Positions 9,061-16,659 of a stretch of DNA of 43,746 nucleotides are shown one piece after another. Made by a program: the position numbers and the translations under genes. Each line of letters begins with the position of its first letter. The first letter of the stretch is position 1. Source of the stretch: a virus (lineage: Duplodnaviria; Caudoviricetes); IMG/VR virus record IMGVR_UViG_3300030095_001128, positions 1-43,746 of that record. One strand, given 5' to 3'. Under the pieces are notes generated by a model, which did no database searches, was not told where the DNA came from, and saw only the letters and a list, made by a program, of their open reading frames with translations.

Positions 9061-10005
9061 ATGCAATTACATGAGTTAAATAATATCACTGATCTAGTAC
9101 CAGTTACAGAATCTAAGCAAGTTACAGAATCTAATGATCTTACCTATGGTAATGGTCTTGCTTGGGATACACCAGTTCATAAAGAACCAGTGTATTTTCA
9201 AGATGGTTCTCAAAATCCTATGGTTTATGGAATCAGGCTAGGTACTGAAAGTAAACTGTTAGCTGGTAATGTATCCGAAAGTTATAGACTTATAGATAAT
9301 AGAGAATTGGTAGATGTTTGTGTTGGTGAAATATTAGCACCATCAGATATTCAATTTTCACATCATTATAGGTTCTTTAACAACAAGGGTATTTTCAGGG
9401 ATATATACTATGCTGACAATACCATTGAAGGACACGTCCCAGTAGTTGGGGATACTATCAGGTTAGTTGCTGAGATTATCAATTCTTATAATGGTAGTAC
9501 TAGAGCGGGAATCAGATTCTACTTTCAAAGACTGGAATGTGAAAATGGTATGACATCTAATAAGTATGGCTTTGGATGTACATTTGAACATAGAGGCCAA
9601 GGTAGTTTTAACTGGCAAGATCAGATTATCAGAGCAACCTCTATTCTCAGGGGATCGGCTCAGTCTCAGCTAAACGCTTTTGTACAGAATTGCGGTAAGT
9701 TACAGAAACCAGTTGATAATACAGATATAGCTTTAATCAGAGAAAGATACCTTAATAAGTTACCTATGCAACAATTTGGACAACTTATGCATAAGTATCT
9801 TGCTGACAAAGACTATACAGCGTGGGGTTTGTTAAATGCGGGAACTAACGTCTTATGGCATCCTGATCCTAAAAACCCTAAAAGACTGACTAATGCTAAC
9901 TTTAGCAATAATACAATAGTAGTCGATGGTCTTCTGCAATATGCAACAGATACCTATGATGGAGATATCGTAGACCCTAGACAAACTGATATGTTCCAGT
10001 CATAA
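9061..10005 (+). CDS. DUF932/DUF945-family protein
   Basis: VSESYRLIDN, IINSYNGS...RLECENGM and TAWGLLNAGT motifs. GGAG RBS. Confidence 0.8.
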   Translation: MQLHELNNITDLVPVTESKQVTESNDLTYGNGLAWDTPVHKEPVYFQDGSQNPMVYGIRLGTESKLLAGNVSESYRLIDNRELVDVCVGEILAPSDIQFSHHYRFFNNKGIFRDIYYADNTIEGHVPVVGDTIRLVAEIINSYNGSTRAGIRFYFQRLECENGMTSNKYGFGCTFEHRGQGSFNWQDQIIRATSILRGSAQSQLNAFVQNCGKLQKPVDNTDIALIRERYLNKLPMQQFGQLMHKYLADKDYTAWGLLNAGTNVLWHPDPKNPKRLTNANFSNNTIVVDGLLQYATDTYDGDIVDPRQTDMFQS

Positions 10006-10010
10006 TACAA

Positions 10011-10045
10011 ACATCCTGAGCAAGATGTAAAAAGGCTCTTTTTTT
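10011..10045 (+). terminator. Compact H-type pseudoknot followed by a T-tract (candidate terminator or 3'-end element)
   Basis: ACATC/GATGT stem. Loop GAGC can pair with downstream GCTC, followed by T7. Confidence 0.45.
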
Positions 10046-10080
10046 GTATCTTTTTTTATTTTTATATTTTTTTATATTTC

Positions 10081-10176
10081 TGTGCACGTAGGTAGTTTGT
10101 GCACGTAAGTAGTTTTTTTATAACTTTGTGCACGTGGGTAGTTTATTTTTATTATATAGTGTGCACGCAGGTAGGT
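10081..10176. repeat. Four direct repeats TGTGCACGYRRGTAG (iteron-like)
   Basis: Copies start at 10081, 10098, 10127 and 10160 in an AT-rich non-coding block. Confidence 0.85.
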
Positions 10177-10323
10177 AAATCCCCCTAAGTTCTGTAATAT
10201 GTGGATATATATGTAAGTTAAATTCCTTCCCTTAATTATACTATATTATATAAGCCAATTAATATACCACATCCCCCCTACACATCCCCCCAAAAAAAGA
10301 TTTAATTTTTTTTTAATTATTTT

Positions 10324-10351
10324 GGAACTTTTTTTAATACTAGGAGTATAC
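10324..10351 (+). promoter_or_regulatory. ECF-sigma-type promoter P2
   Basis: GGAAC-N17-GTATAC upstream of the RBS and ATG at 10383. Confidence 0.6.
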
Positions 10352-10382
10352 TATATATAACAATTAATTAGGAGTTTTTAAG

Positions 10383-10508
10383 ATGGACAACCAAAAGAAA
10401 ATAGAAGAAATGAAAAAAATATTAGAAGTAATCGGTGATAATTACGGCATCAAAGGAGATTATTTTTATTGGAAGTTGTGGAAAAGATTAGAGGAATTTA
10501 ATAAATAA
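10383..10508 (+). CDS. Small hypothetical protein (41 aa, not in ORF track)
   Basis: AGGAG RBS. MDNQKKIEEMKKILEVIGDNYGIKGDYFYWKLWKRLEEFNK. Confidence 0.6.
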   Translation: MDNQKKIEEMKKILEVIGDNYGIKGDYFYWKLWKRLEEFNK

Positions 10509-10518
10509 AAAAAAGTTT

Positions 10519-10547
10519 GGAACTTTCCGCAACTCGGATAGTATAAC
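10519..10547 (+). promoter_or_regulatory. ECF-sigma-type promoter P3
   Basis: GGAAC-N17-GTATAAC followed by an AAC-rich leader and GGAG. Confidence 0.7.
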
Positions 10548-10576
10548 AAGTAACAAAACAAAAAATGGAGTAAAAA

Positions 10577-10906
10577 ATGGAACAAGTAAACAGTACAGAA
10601 ATCAAGTCAGGTTTTGGAAGTAACCGAAAATCTGTGAAGGCTCGTCTTTGGGATGGTGAGGGTTTATCATCTTGGAAAGATACAGAGGTTTCAGAAATTA
10701 CAGACGAGGGAAAAAATATAATAAGTATTGGCAGAGTAACAGACGTAATGAAACCAAAAGTAAAAACAGATGCGAAATTATTTTTCCTACTTGAAGACAT
10801 ACCCTCACTAATTGCAACCCTTACAAAAGTTGCAGAGGATTCACAAAAGACAGAGTTTAAAAATCAAATTGATTGGCAAGTTAACGAACTAGAAAAAGGA
10901 CTATAA
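10577..10906 (+). CDS. Hypothetical early protein
   Basis: 109 aa ORF with GGAG RBS. Confidence 0.75.
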   Translation: MEQVNSTEIKSGFGSNRKSVKARLWDGEGLSSWKDTEVSEITDEGKNIISIGRVTDVMKPKVKTDAKLFFLLEDIPSLIATLTKVAEDSQKTEFKNQIDWQVNELEKGL

Positions 10907-10909
10907 AAC

Positions 10910-11182
10910 ATGATTGGAACACATAAAACAGAAGTGCTTACAGAAAACGGAGTTACTTCTGTAAAATATCACGATACCAAAGTTGTAACATTTTCAGAAG
11001 ATGCAATTATGTTAGATACGGGAGGTTGGTTTACACCAACAACCAAAGCAAGAATGAATCAAACTTCAGGTGCTTTTGGCTTGGGGTTTCGAGTGTACCA
11101 AAAAAATTATGATTGGTATGCAGACTACAACGGAAAAACATACGAATTTACAAAAGATCATCTAGGTTTGAAACGTAACTAA
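10910..11182 (+). CDS. Conserved-looking phage early protein
   Basis: YHDTKVV...LDTGGWFTPTTKARMN...VYQKNYDWY pattern, recalled from phage early regions. Confidence 0.75.
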   Translation: MIGTHKTEVLTENGVTSVKYHDTKVVTFSEDAIMLDTGGWFTPTTKARMNQTSGAFGLGFRVYQKNYDWYADYNGKTYEFTKDHLGLKRN

Positions 11183-11193
11183 TTTACAGAAAT

Positions 11194-11222
11194 TAAAGGG
11201 GGTGTGTAAAACATCCCCTTTA
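11194..11222 (+). other. Intergenic hairpin
   Basis: TAAAGGGGGTGT/ACATCCCCTTTA inverted repeat directly before the next RBS. Confidence 0.6.
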
Positions 11223-11231
11223 GGAGAAAAT

Positions 11232-11405
11232 ATGAAAGAAACATATTACACAGTAACAGAAGATTTTGAAGTAACATTAATTTTTAAAAAGAATAAAAAT
11301 GGTGTGTTGAAGTTAGATGAAAATAAAACTTTAAAATTATTTAAGAGCGATATAAAAGAATTAAAAAATAATTTGGAACATTTAACAAATAGTGTAGTTA
11401 AATAA
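11232..11405 (+). CDS. Hypothetical protein
   Basis: Start MKETYY behind AGGAG. Confidence 0.65.
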   Translation: MKETYYTVTEDFEVTLIFKKNKNGVLKLDENKTLKLFKSDIKELKNNLEHLTNSVVK

Positions 11406-11435
11406 GTAAACAAACAATAAAAGGAGTAGTACAAA

Positions 11436-11645
11436 ATGATAAATATGATAATATCAAAAACACAATTTCACAAGATAAGAAACGAGATTGTTAAATCGTT
11501 TAACGTGGTATCTGATGATGATGTTATGACCTTAGATGATGAATTGCCACAGATTTTGAGAAAACATCTAGGTGTGAAAGTGGATTGGAATGTTGAGGAT
11601 AACGAACTAGGAGAAATAAAAGAGGAAGGTTCTGAAAATGAGTGA
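11436..11645 (+). CDS. Hypothetical acidic protein
   Basis: AAGGAG RBS, 69 aa. Confidence 0.7.
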   Translation: MINMIISKTQFHKIRNEIVKSFNVVSDDDVMTLDDELPQILRKHLGVKVDWNVEDNELGEIKEEGSENE

Positions 11646-11928
11646 TAAATACAACGGATGGACAAATTATGAAACTTGGAATTTTAATTTGTGGATCACA
11701 AACACAGAGGGAGATTATAGACAGGCTCTACAACTTACAAAGGATTCTATAAATAAGTATGAGTTATCTAAAGACCTTAAACAGTGGGCAGAAGATATGG
11801 CTGATGATTGTATAGGTACAGAAATTGGCTTTATTATAGATATAATTTACAGTTCTATAAAAGAGGTCAACTTCTATGAGGTGGCTGAACATTTGTGGGA
11901 TGAGATACATGATGAGGAGGAAGAGTAA
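11638..11928 (+). CDS. Conserved phage early protein (YNGWxNYETW family)
   Basis: N-terminal YNGWTNYETWNFNLW and C-terminal EVNFYEVAEH. Confidence 0.8.
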   Translation: MSDKYNGWTNYETWNFNLWITNTEGDYRQALQLTKDSINKYELSKDLKQWAEDMADDCIGTEIGFIIDIIYSSIKEVNFYEVAEHLWDEIHDEEEE

Positions 11929-12422
11929 TGCACATGATAATAAGAAACATAGTCTACGCCAATAGCAAAGGCGAAGCACTAGGCAAAGCTAAAAACAATA
12001 TGGACTATTTATGTGAAGGACAGTATCCATTTGACTACTACGATACTTTTGATGAAGGTGGTACATCATACTGGGGCGATAGGTTAAAACCAGTCTCAGA
12101 GATAAGCACCGTAGAAGGGCGTAAATTGGTGGTAGACGGGTGGAGAAATACATTAAGGGATATGAAGTATCACTTACAGGAAATACGAAGACTTACAGAA
12201 TATAAGAGCGATCTAGAAATTATGTTATCTTTGAAAGAGGATCAACTTCAGTATCATTATCATTCGGTGGGAATGTATCAAGGTTCAGGAGTTTGGTTGT
12301 ATGATAGTGATGGCGAAGGGATAAAGTCTAGGAGTCATTTAAATAGTGTGCTGAACAAATGGGATGCCAAGAACCTACAAGATCAAAAGGTTTTTGTAGT
12401 ACCCGCAGATGTACATTATTAA
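11928..12422 (+). CDS. Hypothetical protein
   Basis: 164 aa, TAATG coupling, ends VVPADVHY. Confidence 0.8.
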   Translation: MHMIIRNIVYANSKGEALGKAKNNMDYLCEGQYPFDYYDTFDEGGTSYWGDRLKPVSEISTVEGRKLVVDGWRNTLRDMKYHLQEIRRLTEYKSDLEIMLSLKEDQLQYHYHSVGMYQGSGVWLYDSDGEGIKSRSHLNSVLNKWDAKNLQDQKVFVVPADVHY

Positions 12423-12433
12423 GGAGGTGTATA

Positions 12434-12853
12434 ATGACAGAAACAAGAACATGTAAAGGATGTAATTCTAGTATGGACTTATCAGAGTTTGCTAAGACGG
12501 GTATGTTTGACAAGTCAGGGAATCCATACAGAAGATACTACTGTACAAAACATGGATGCTATTGGGATCACAAAAAGAAAACACCTAACGGAAGAATGGA
12601 GAAGGCTAGGAAGATAAGAAATTACAAGAAAGAACTAAGTTGTGGAAGTTGTGGTTACTCTCATAAATCAAGAGGTAAAAAGTTTTCTACTTGGGCATTG
12701 CAATTCCATCATCACGATCATACGAAGGAAGCCAATGTTGGCAACATGATTAGTAATGGCTTCGGACTTAAAAAGATATTTGATGAGATCAAGAAGTGTA
12801 TTGTCCTTTGTGCTAACTGCCACATGGAACTGCATGGACATCAAAATTATTAA
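12434..12853 (+). CDS. HNH endonuclease-like zinc protein
   Basis: CKGC...CGSCG...LQFHHHD...EIKKCIVLCANCHMELH. Start behind AAGGAGG. Confidence 0.85.
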   Translation: MTETRTCKGCNSSMDLSEFAKTGMFDKSGNPYRRYYCTKHGCYWDHKKKTPNGRMEKARKIRNYKKELSCGSCGYSHKSRGKKFSTWALQFHHHDHTKEANVGNMISNGFGLKKIFDEIKKCIVLCANCHMELHGHQNY

Positions 12854-12861
12854 AATAAATT

Positions 12862-12890
12862 GGAACTTATACGAACTAACCTCGTATAAC
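12862..12890 (+). promoter_or_regulatory. ECF-sigma-type promoter P4
   Basis: GGAAC-N17-GTATAAC in the intergenic gap before 12911. Confidence 0.7.
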
Positions 12891-12910
12891 TAATAAACAA
12901 AGGAGCAATA

Positions 12911-13150
12911 ATGAAAAAGAAAACATACACATTTGAAGTAAAGCAATCTATATTTTATGAGATTAGTGCAAGTTCTGAAGAGGAAGCAAGGGAAGAACTT
13001 TGTAATAACTTTGACTTGATTCCTAGTGAAGATTGTATTTTAGATGATGATTATAGAAAAGCTGAATGTATAACTGTAACAGATGATGTAAGGTCAAACA
13101 TTAACTGTTACGCTACTATAAACAATGAGGAGAAGCAATGGGTAAAATAA
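12911..13150 (+). CDS. Small hypothetical protein (IxAxSEEEA motif)
   Basis: AAGGAG RBS, 79 aa. Confidence 0.7.
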   Translation: MKKKTYTFEVKQSIFYEISASSEEEAREELCNNFDLIPSEDCILDDDYRKAECITVTDDVRSNINCYATINNEEKQWVK

Positions 13151-13305
13151 AAGGTCTGGTAACCGAGATGGGTTACGATAGTGCCAAGAGATATTTAGAA
13201 GAGCTAAAATTAAAACTAGAGCGTGATAAACAGAGGAGTAAAGATGCCGTATCCAATGAGGAAAAAGGAGAGCGATATGAAGCTACCACTAAAGAAAATA
13301 GATAA
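13138..13305 (+). CDS. Small hypothetical protein (55 aa, not in ORF track)
   Basis: GAGGAG RBS. MGKIKGLVTEMG... Confidence 0.5.
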   Translation: MGKIKGLVTEMGYDSAKRYLEELKLKLERDKQRSKDAVSNEEKGERYEATTKENR

Positions 13306-13468
13306 GGAAGATGTTATGATGTTCTTTGAATTGGATATTGATAATTGTTTACTGACTAGAAAAGACTTTTGTGAAGTGATAGCAAGTTTCATAAATGATC
13401 CGATTTCTACAAGCAAACTATACAGAGAAGAGATTAATTTATACTTTGAAGAAAGGAGAGACTTATGA
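13277..13468 (+). CDS. Hypothetical protein
   Basis: Start MKLPLKK behind AAGGAG. Confidence 0.6.
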   Translation: MKLPLKKIDKEDVMMFFELDIDNCLLTRKDFCEVIASFINDPISTSKLYREEINLYFEERRDL

Positions 13469-13818
13469 ACGCAAAAGAATATCAATTTATGAGAGAGGAC
13501 TTCCTTAAGAAAACTCTCAAACTTTCAGACGACAAACGAATTGAGTATACAGAGGGACACCATAACTCAAATGTTTTATGGAACTTCGAGAACATAGCAA
13601 AAACATTAGGGCTATCACCAATGAAGGTACTTTCTGTATATTTACTGAAGCATACAAGTAGTGTTTTTAACTATTTTAAAGATGGAAAAGAATACTCGGA
13701 AAGTATAGAGGGTAGGATTATGGACATCATTAATTATCTTTTGTTATTAGTCTGTATGATAAGAACATATAAACAAAAAGGAGAAGTAAAAAATGAACGA
13801 AAACGATCTGTTATTTGA
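13465..13818 (+). CDS. DUF1599 / nucleotide-modification-associated domain 1-like protein
   Basis: KRIEY...NF...LKH...ESIEGRIMDIINYLLLL helical pattern. Confidence 0.6.
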   Translation: MNAKEYQFMREDFLKKTLKLSDDKRIEYTEGHHNSNVLWNFENIAKTLGLSPMKVLSVYLLKHTSSVFNYFKDGKEYSESIEGRIMDIINYLLLLVCMIRTYKQKGEVKNERKRSVI

Positions 13819-13969
13819 TGAGCTGTGCGATACATTGTTTCCAGAATTAGACGAAGCAGTAGATCGAGAAGCAGAACATCTAATGAGTGAACACAACATC
13901 AATTCAGAGTTGATGATAAGAATAGTAGAAGCGTTCTTATATAAAAGAGCAAAGCAGGTGGAGGGATAA
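13793..13969 (+). CDS. Small acidic hypothetical protein (58 aa, not in ORF track)
   Basis: AAGGAG RBS. MNENDLLFDELCDTLFPE... TAATG-coupled to the next gene. Confidence 0.6.
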   Translation: MNENDLLFDELCDTLFPELDEAVDREAEHLMSEHNINSELMIRIVEAFLYKRAKQVEG

Positions 13970-14232
13970 TGGAAAAGACAAAAGAAAAATCACATTCTAA
14001 AGAGCGAATAAACTTTCAAGATTGCTATGTTGATATGGTTGTACACACAAAACAAATAGGCGAAATAATAGAAGATTATACGTCAAAGATAAATAAAGAA
14101 CTTTATGAATTGTCTGATGGGCAACTCATTATGCTTGCTGAAGATGGTTGGGTCGCTTCTGATGGAATATATGCCATAGCTCAATGGGATAAATTTATTG
14201 AGTTTCGTAAATATGTAGAGGAGGACAAATGA
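13969..14232 (+). CDS. Hypothetical protein
   Basis: 87 aa, GGAGG RBS. Confidence 0.7.
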   Translation: MEKTKEKSHSKERINFQDCYVDMVVHTKQIGEIIEDYTSKINKELYELSDGQLIMLAEDGWVASDGIYAIAQWDKFIEFRKYVEEDK

Positions 14233-14372
14233 TACATTGGTTACAATCTTTATCAGAGAATGGATTTGATGTTTTTATGGTGGTATACCTTGCGATACTG
14301 CATCTTATCTACCATTACTTAATGAGATGGTATATAAGAACCGAGATTAAGAAGCTAAAGGAGGACAGATGA
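14229..14372 (+). CDS. Small membrane peptide 1 (47 aa)
   Basis: GGAGG RBS, ATGA overlap, hydrophobic VFMVVYLAILHLIYHYLM. Confidence 0.6.
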   Translation: MIHWLQSLSENGFDVFMVVYLAILHLIYHYLMRWYIRTEIKKLKEDR

Positions 14373-14500
14373 TACTAATAGACTTAGCAGAATGGATAGT
14401 AAACTTTCTCATATTGGGTATGGGTTTGGTAGCTCTATCAATGGGTATGTTTTTGGTAACTTTGGTAATTTACTCGATACAAGACTGGAGGGGAAAATGA
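14369..14500 (+). CDS. Small membrane peptide 2 (43 aa)
   Basis: GGAGG RBS, ATGA overlap, WIVNFLILGMGLVALSMGMFLVTLVIYSI. Confidence 0.65.
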   Translation: MILIDLAEWIVNFLILGMGLVALSMGMFLVTLVIYSIQDWRGK

Positions 14501-14601
14501 CAGAGTTAGTTATCTTACTATTCATCATAATTTTATGCACAGCGTTTGTAGTTTCTCTAGATGAAGTGAAGCGTGAAAAGAAGAAGAGGTTCCGTAAGTG
14601 A
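14497..14601 (+). CDS. Small membrane peptide 3 (34 aa)
   Basis: GGAGG RBS, LVILLFIIILCTAFVVSL followed by a basic tail. Confidence 0.6.
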   Translation: MTELVILLFIIILCTAFVVSLDEVKREKKKRFRK

Positions 14602-14891
14602 AAGAATATAGAGAGTTACAGCTAGAGTTACTGCAATACGAAGCTATGGTAGATAGGCGAGATAAGAAGATCAAGAGACTCAAAGATGTTATCAAGGCTC
14701 AGGATGAAAACGATTGCAAAGTGTTTCGCTGTTGGCAATGCAAGTCAGAGTTAATATGGGGTGGCGATCACGATATACAAGAGATGTATGAAGACGAACA
14801 GAGCGAAGGTATCGTATCCAACTTTACTTGCTCAAATTATGATTGCAATACGCATGTTGAGGTTTACCATATCTTTGAAAAGGAAGGATAA
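14598..14891 (+). CDS. Coiled-coil plus zinc-ribbon protein
   Basis: CWQCKSELIWGGDHD...CSNYDC. Confidence 0.7.
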   Translation: MKEYRELQLELLQYEAMVDRRDKKIKRLKDVIKAQDENDCKVFRCWQCKSELIWGGDHDIQEMYEDEQSEGIVSNFTCSNYDCNTHVEVYHIFEKEG

Positions 14892-14894
14892 GTT

Positions 14895-15161
14895 ATGAAA
14901 GGTGTTTTAAGAGCTGTATTTAATAAAGATGCAAGAAAGGAAAAAGATAGATTGTTTATTAAGTGTACTAATTTCTACGATAAACTATCAGCTTGGGATA
15001 AATGTTGTATGATAGAACAAATACAAGCCGATTTACAAAAGGAGTACGATAAAAACGCATCCCTATATTATTCTAAGATTGCTAAAGTGGAAGGACAGGT
15101 TATTGATTATAGGGCAAGTTATGAAGCTAACCGTGTTTATGAGGAAAGTTTAGATGTATAA
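14895..15161 (+). CDS. Hypothetical protein
   Basis: 88 aa ORF in the operon. Confidence 0.7.
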   Translation: MKGVLRAVFNKDARKEKDRLFIKCTNFYDKLSAWDKCCMIEQIQADLQKEYDKNASLYYSKIAKVEGQVIDYRASYEANRVYEESLDV

Positions 15162-15327
15162 GGGTAAGGATGAATCTGTATGGCTATGCACTCCGAAAGG
15201 TGGCTTAGTAAAAATGTATTATGATTTTAAAAAATGTTTTATCAAGTCATATACGAGAGGTGGTATACCAGAACTTAGAAAATGGGGATGGGACATTGAA
15301 AAAAGAAACAAAAGAACAAAAAAATAA
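15154..15327 (+). CDS. Small basic hypothetical protein (57 aa, not in ORF track)
   Basis: GAGG RBS. MYKGKDESVWLCTPKGG... Confidence 0.5.
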   Translation: MYKGKDESVWLCTPKGGLVKMYYDFKKCFIKSYTRGGIPELRKWGWDIEKRNKRTKK

Positions 15328-15348
15328 ATAGGAGAGAAAAATTAATTT

Positions 15349-15377
15349 GGAACTTTTTGAAACTTGGTGCGTTTAAT
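15349..15377 (+). promoter_or_regulatory. ECF-sigma-type promoter P5
   Basis: GGAAC-N17-GTTTAAT in the intergenic gap before 15423. Confidence 0.65.
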
Positions 15378-15422
15378 AAGTAAGCACGAAGCTTAAAACA
15401 ACAATAATAAAAAGGAGCTATT

Positions 15423-15608
15423 ATGAAAAAACAAAGATGTGATGGTAAAGTAACTATCGTGAAAAAAGAAAAAGGTTATTCAGCCATGCAGACTATTTGG
15501 AGTAGGGGAAGACATAGCGGTCAAGTAACATGGACAGGCTACAAATGTAGTAAGGGGCATGAATGGACTTCAAGCTCTAAAGATAAGTCATGTATCAATT
15601 ATAAATAA
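15423..15608 (+). CDS. Small Cys/His-containing hypothetical protein
   Basis: AAGGAG RBS, YKCSKGHEW. Confidence 0.65.
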   Translation: MKKQRCDGKVTIVKKEKGYSAMQTIWSRGRHSGQVTWTGYKCSKGHEWTSSSKDKSCINYK

Positions 15609-15620
15609 AACAACTAAACT

Positions 15621-15640
15621 GGGGCGGGGCAACCCGCCCC
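15621..15640 (+). other. GC-rich hairpin with GCAA tetraloop
   Basis: GGGGCGGG-GCAA-CCCGCCCC. No T-tract on the + strand. Confidence 0.7.
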
Positions 15641-15658
15641 TATAAAAAGGATCAAGTA

Positions 15659-15847
15659 ATGAATAAAGAATATCATTGGACAATAACAGCTAGTGGATTT
15701 GTAGAAGCTGAGTCAGTTGAGGAAGCTAAGTCTATCCTGAAAAAAGATGCAATTAACTTCGTTATGGACGATGAGAAATATTTAGAGATAGATGTAGACC
15801 CCGATGAAACAAATGAGATAAAAGGAGAAACTAATGAAACTAGATAA
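15659..15847 (+). CDS. Small acidic protein (VEAESVEEA motif)
   Basis: 62 aa, AAGGA RBS. Confidence 0.7.
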   Translation: MNKEYHWTITASGFVEAESVEEAKSILKKDAINFVMDDEKYLEIDVDPDETNEIKGETNETR

Positions 15848-16064
15848 GCATACAATAGAATCACTTACAGAAATTGGCATTGATTACAGAAAGCTAAACA
15901 AAGAACAGATAGATGCCATCATGTTTCCAGACTATGCACCTGAAGACTATTACCAAGATGGAGAAATAGGAGAGAGAGAAGCAGATCACCTACACAGCCA
16001 GAGACTGATTCAATGTGGAGTTGTGGGGGAGACATATAAGAAAGCATGGAAGATCGTATATTAA
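15834..16064 (+). CDS. Hypothetical protein
   Basis: 76 aa, AAGGAG RBS, APEDYYQDGEI. Confidence 0.7.
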   Translation: MKLDKHTIESLTEIGIDYRKLNKEQIDAIMFPDYAPEDYYQDGEIGEREADHLHSQRLIQCGVVGETYKKAWKIVY

Positions 16065-16116
16065 TCATAGTAATTGAAAATAATTATAACTAAATTAAAA
16101 AGAATCGAAACTTGAG

Positions 16117-16635
16117 ATGTTGAAGAGATGTGCTAAATGTAAAGAAGACAAACCCCGTAAGGAGTTTTATATCAATCGTGCCAAGCCCGATGGTAGACAA
16201 TACTTATGTAAGATTTGTCAAAAGAAGTATCACAATAATACGTGGTATGAGTCTCGCAGAGAGCATAGGATACAGCAAGTCAAAGAAAGAAAAACTCGTG
16301 TGGTAAAAGAAAATTATAAAAAAATATTTATGGAGTATTTTATTCATGGCTGTGTTGATTGTGGTGAGAACGACCATCGACTTCTAGAGTTCGATCATGT
16401 TAAGGGAGTTAAGAAGAGAGGAAAGTTTAGGCCAACTGAGGGAGTTGGGCATCTTGTGAGAACTGGATACAAGTGGGAAACCGTAGAGAAAGAAATACAG
16501 AAGTGCAAGATTAGATGTCGTAATTGTCATCACCTAAAGACTCATAAACAATTTGGGTATATGAAGCACATAGAAGATGTAGTAAAAGAATATAATAAAA
16601 AACGGGAACAAAATAGAAAGCGATGCGTTACATAG
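16117..16635 (+). CDS. HNH endonuclease-like zinc protein
   Basis: KRCAKC...CKIC...CVDCGE...LEFDHV...EIQKCKIRCRNCHHLKT. Confidence 0.85.
   Translation: MLKRCAKCKEDKPRKEFYINRAKPDGRQYLCKICQKKYHNNTWYESRREHRIQQVKERKTRVVKENYKKIFMEYFIHGCVDCGENDHRLLEFDHVKGVKKRGKFRPTEGVGHLVRTGYKWETVEKEIQKCKIRCRNCHHLKTHKQFGYMKHIEDVVKEYNKKREQNRKRCVT
16605..16633 (+). promoter_or_regulatory. ECF-sigma-type promoter P6 (weaker match)
   Basis: GGAAC-N17-GTTACAT in the tail of the HNH gene, before the AAC-rich leader of 16660. Confidence 0.5.
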
Positions 16636-16659
16636 TAGAACAACAAAAAGGAGAAGACA

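Noticed and set aside
10081-10176. Mini CRISPR array
   Set aside because: The repeats are only about 15 bp, with 2-18 nt low-complexity gaps rather than unique spacers of constant length.
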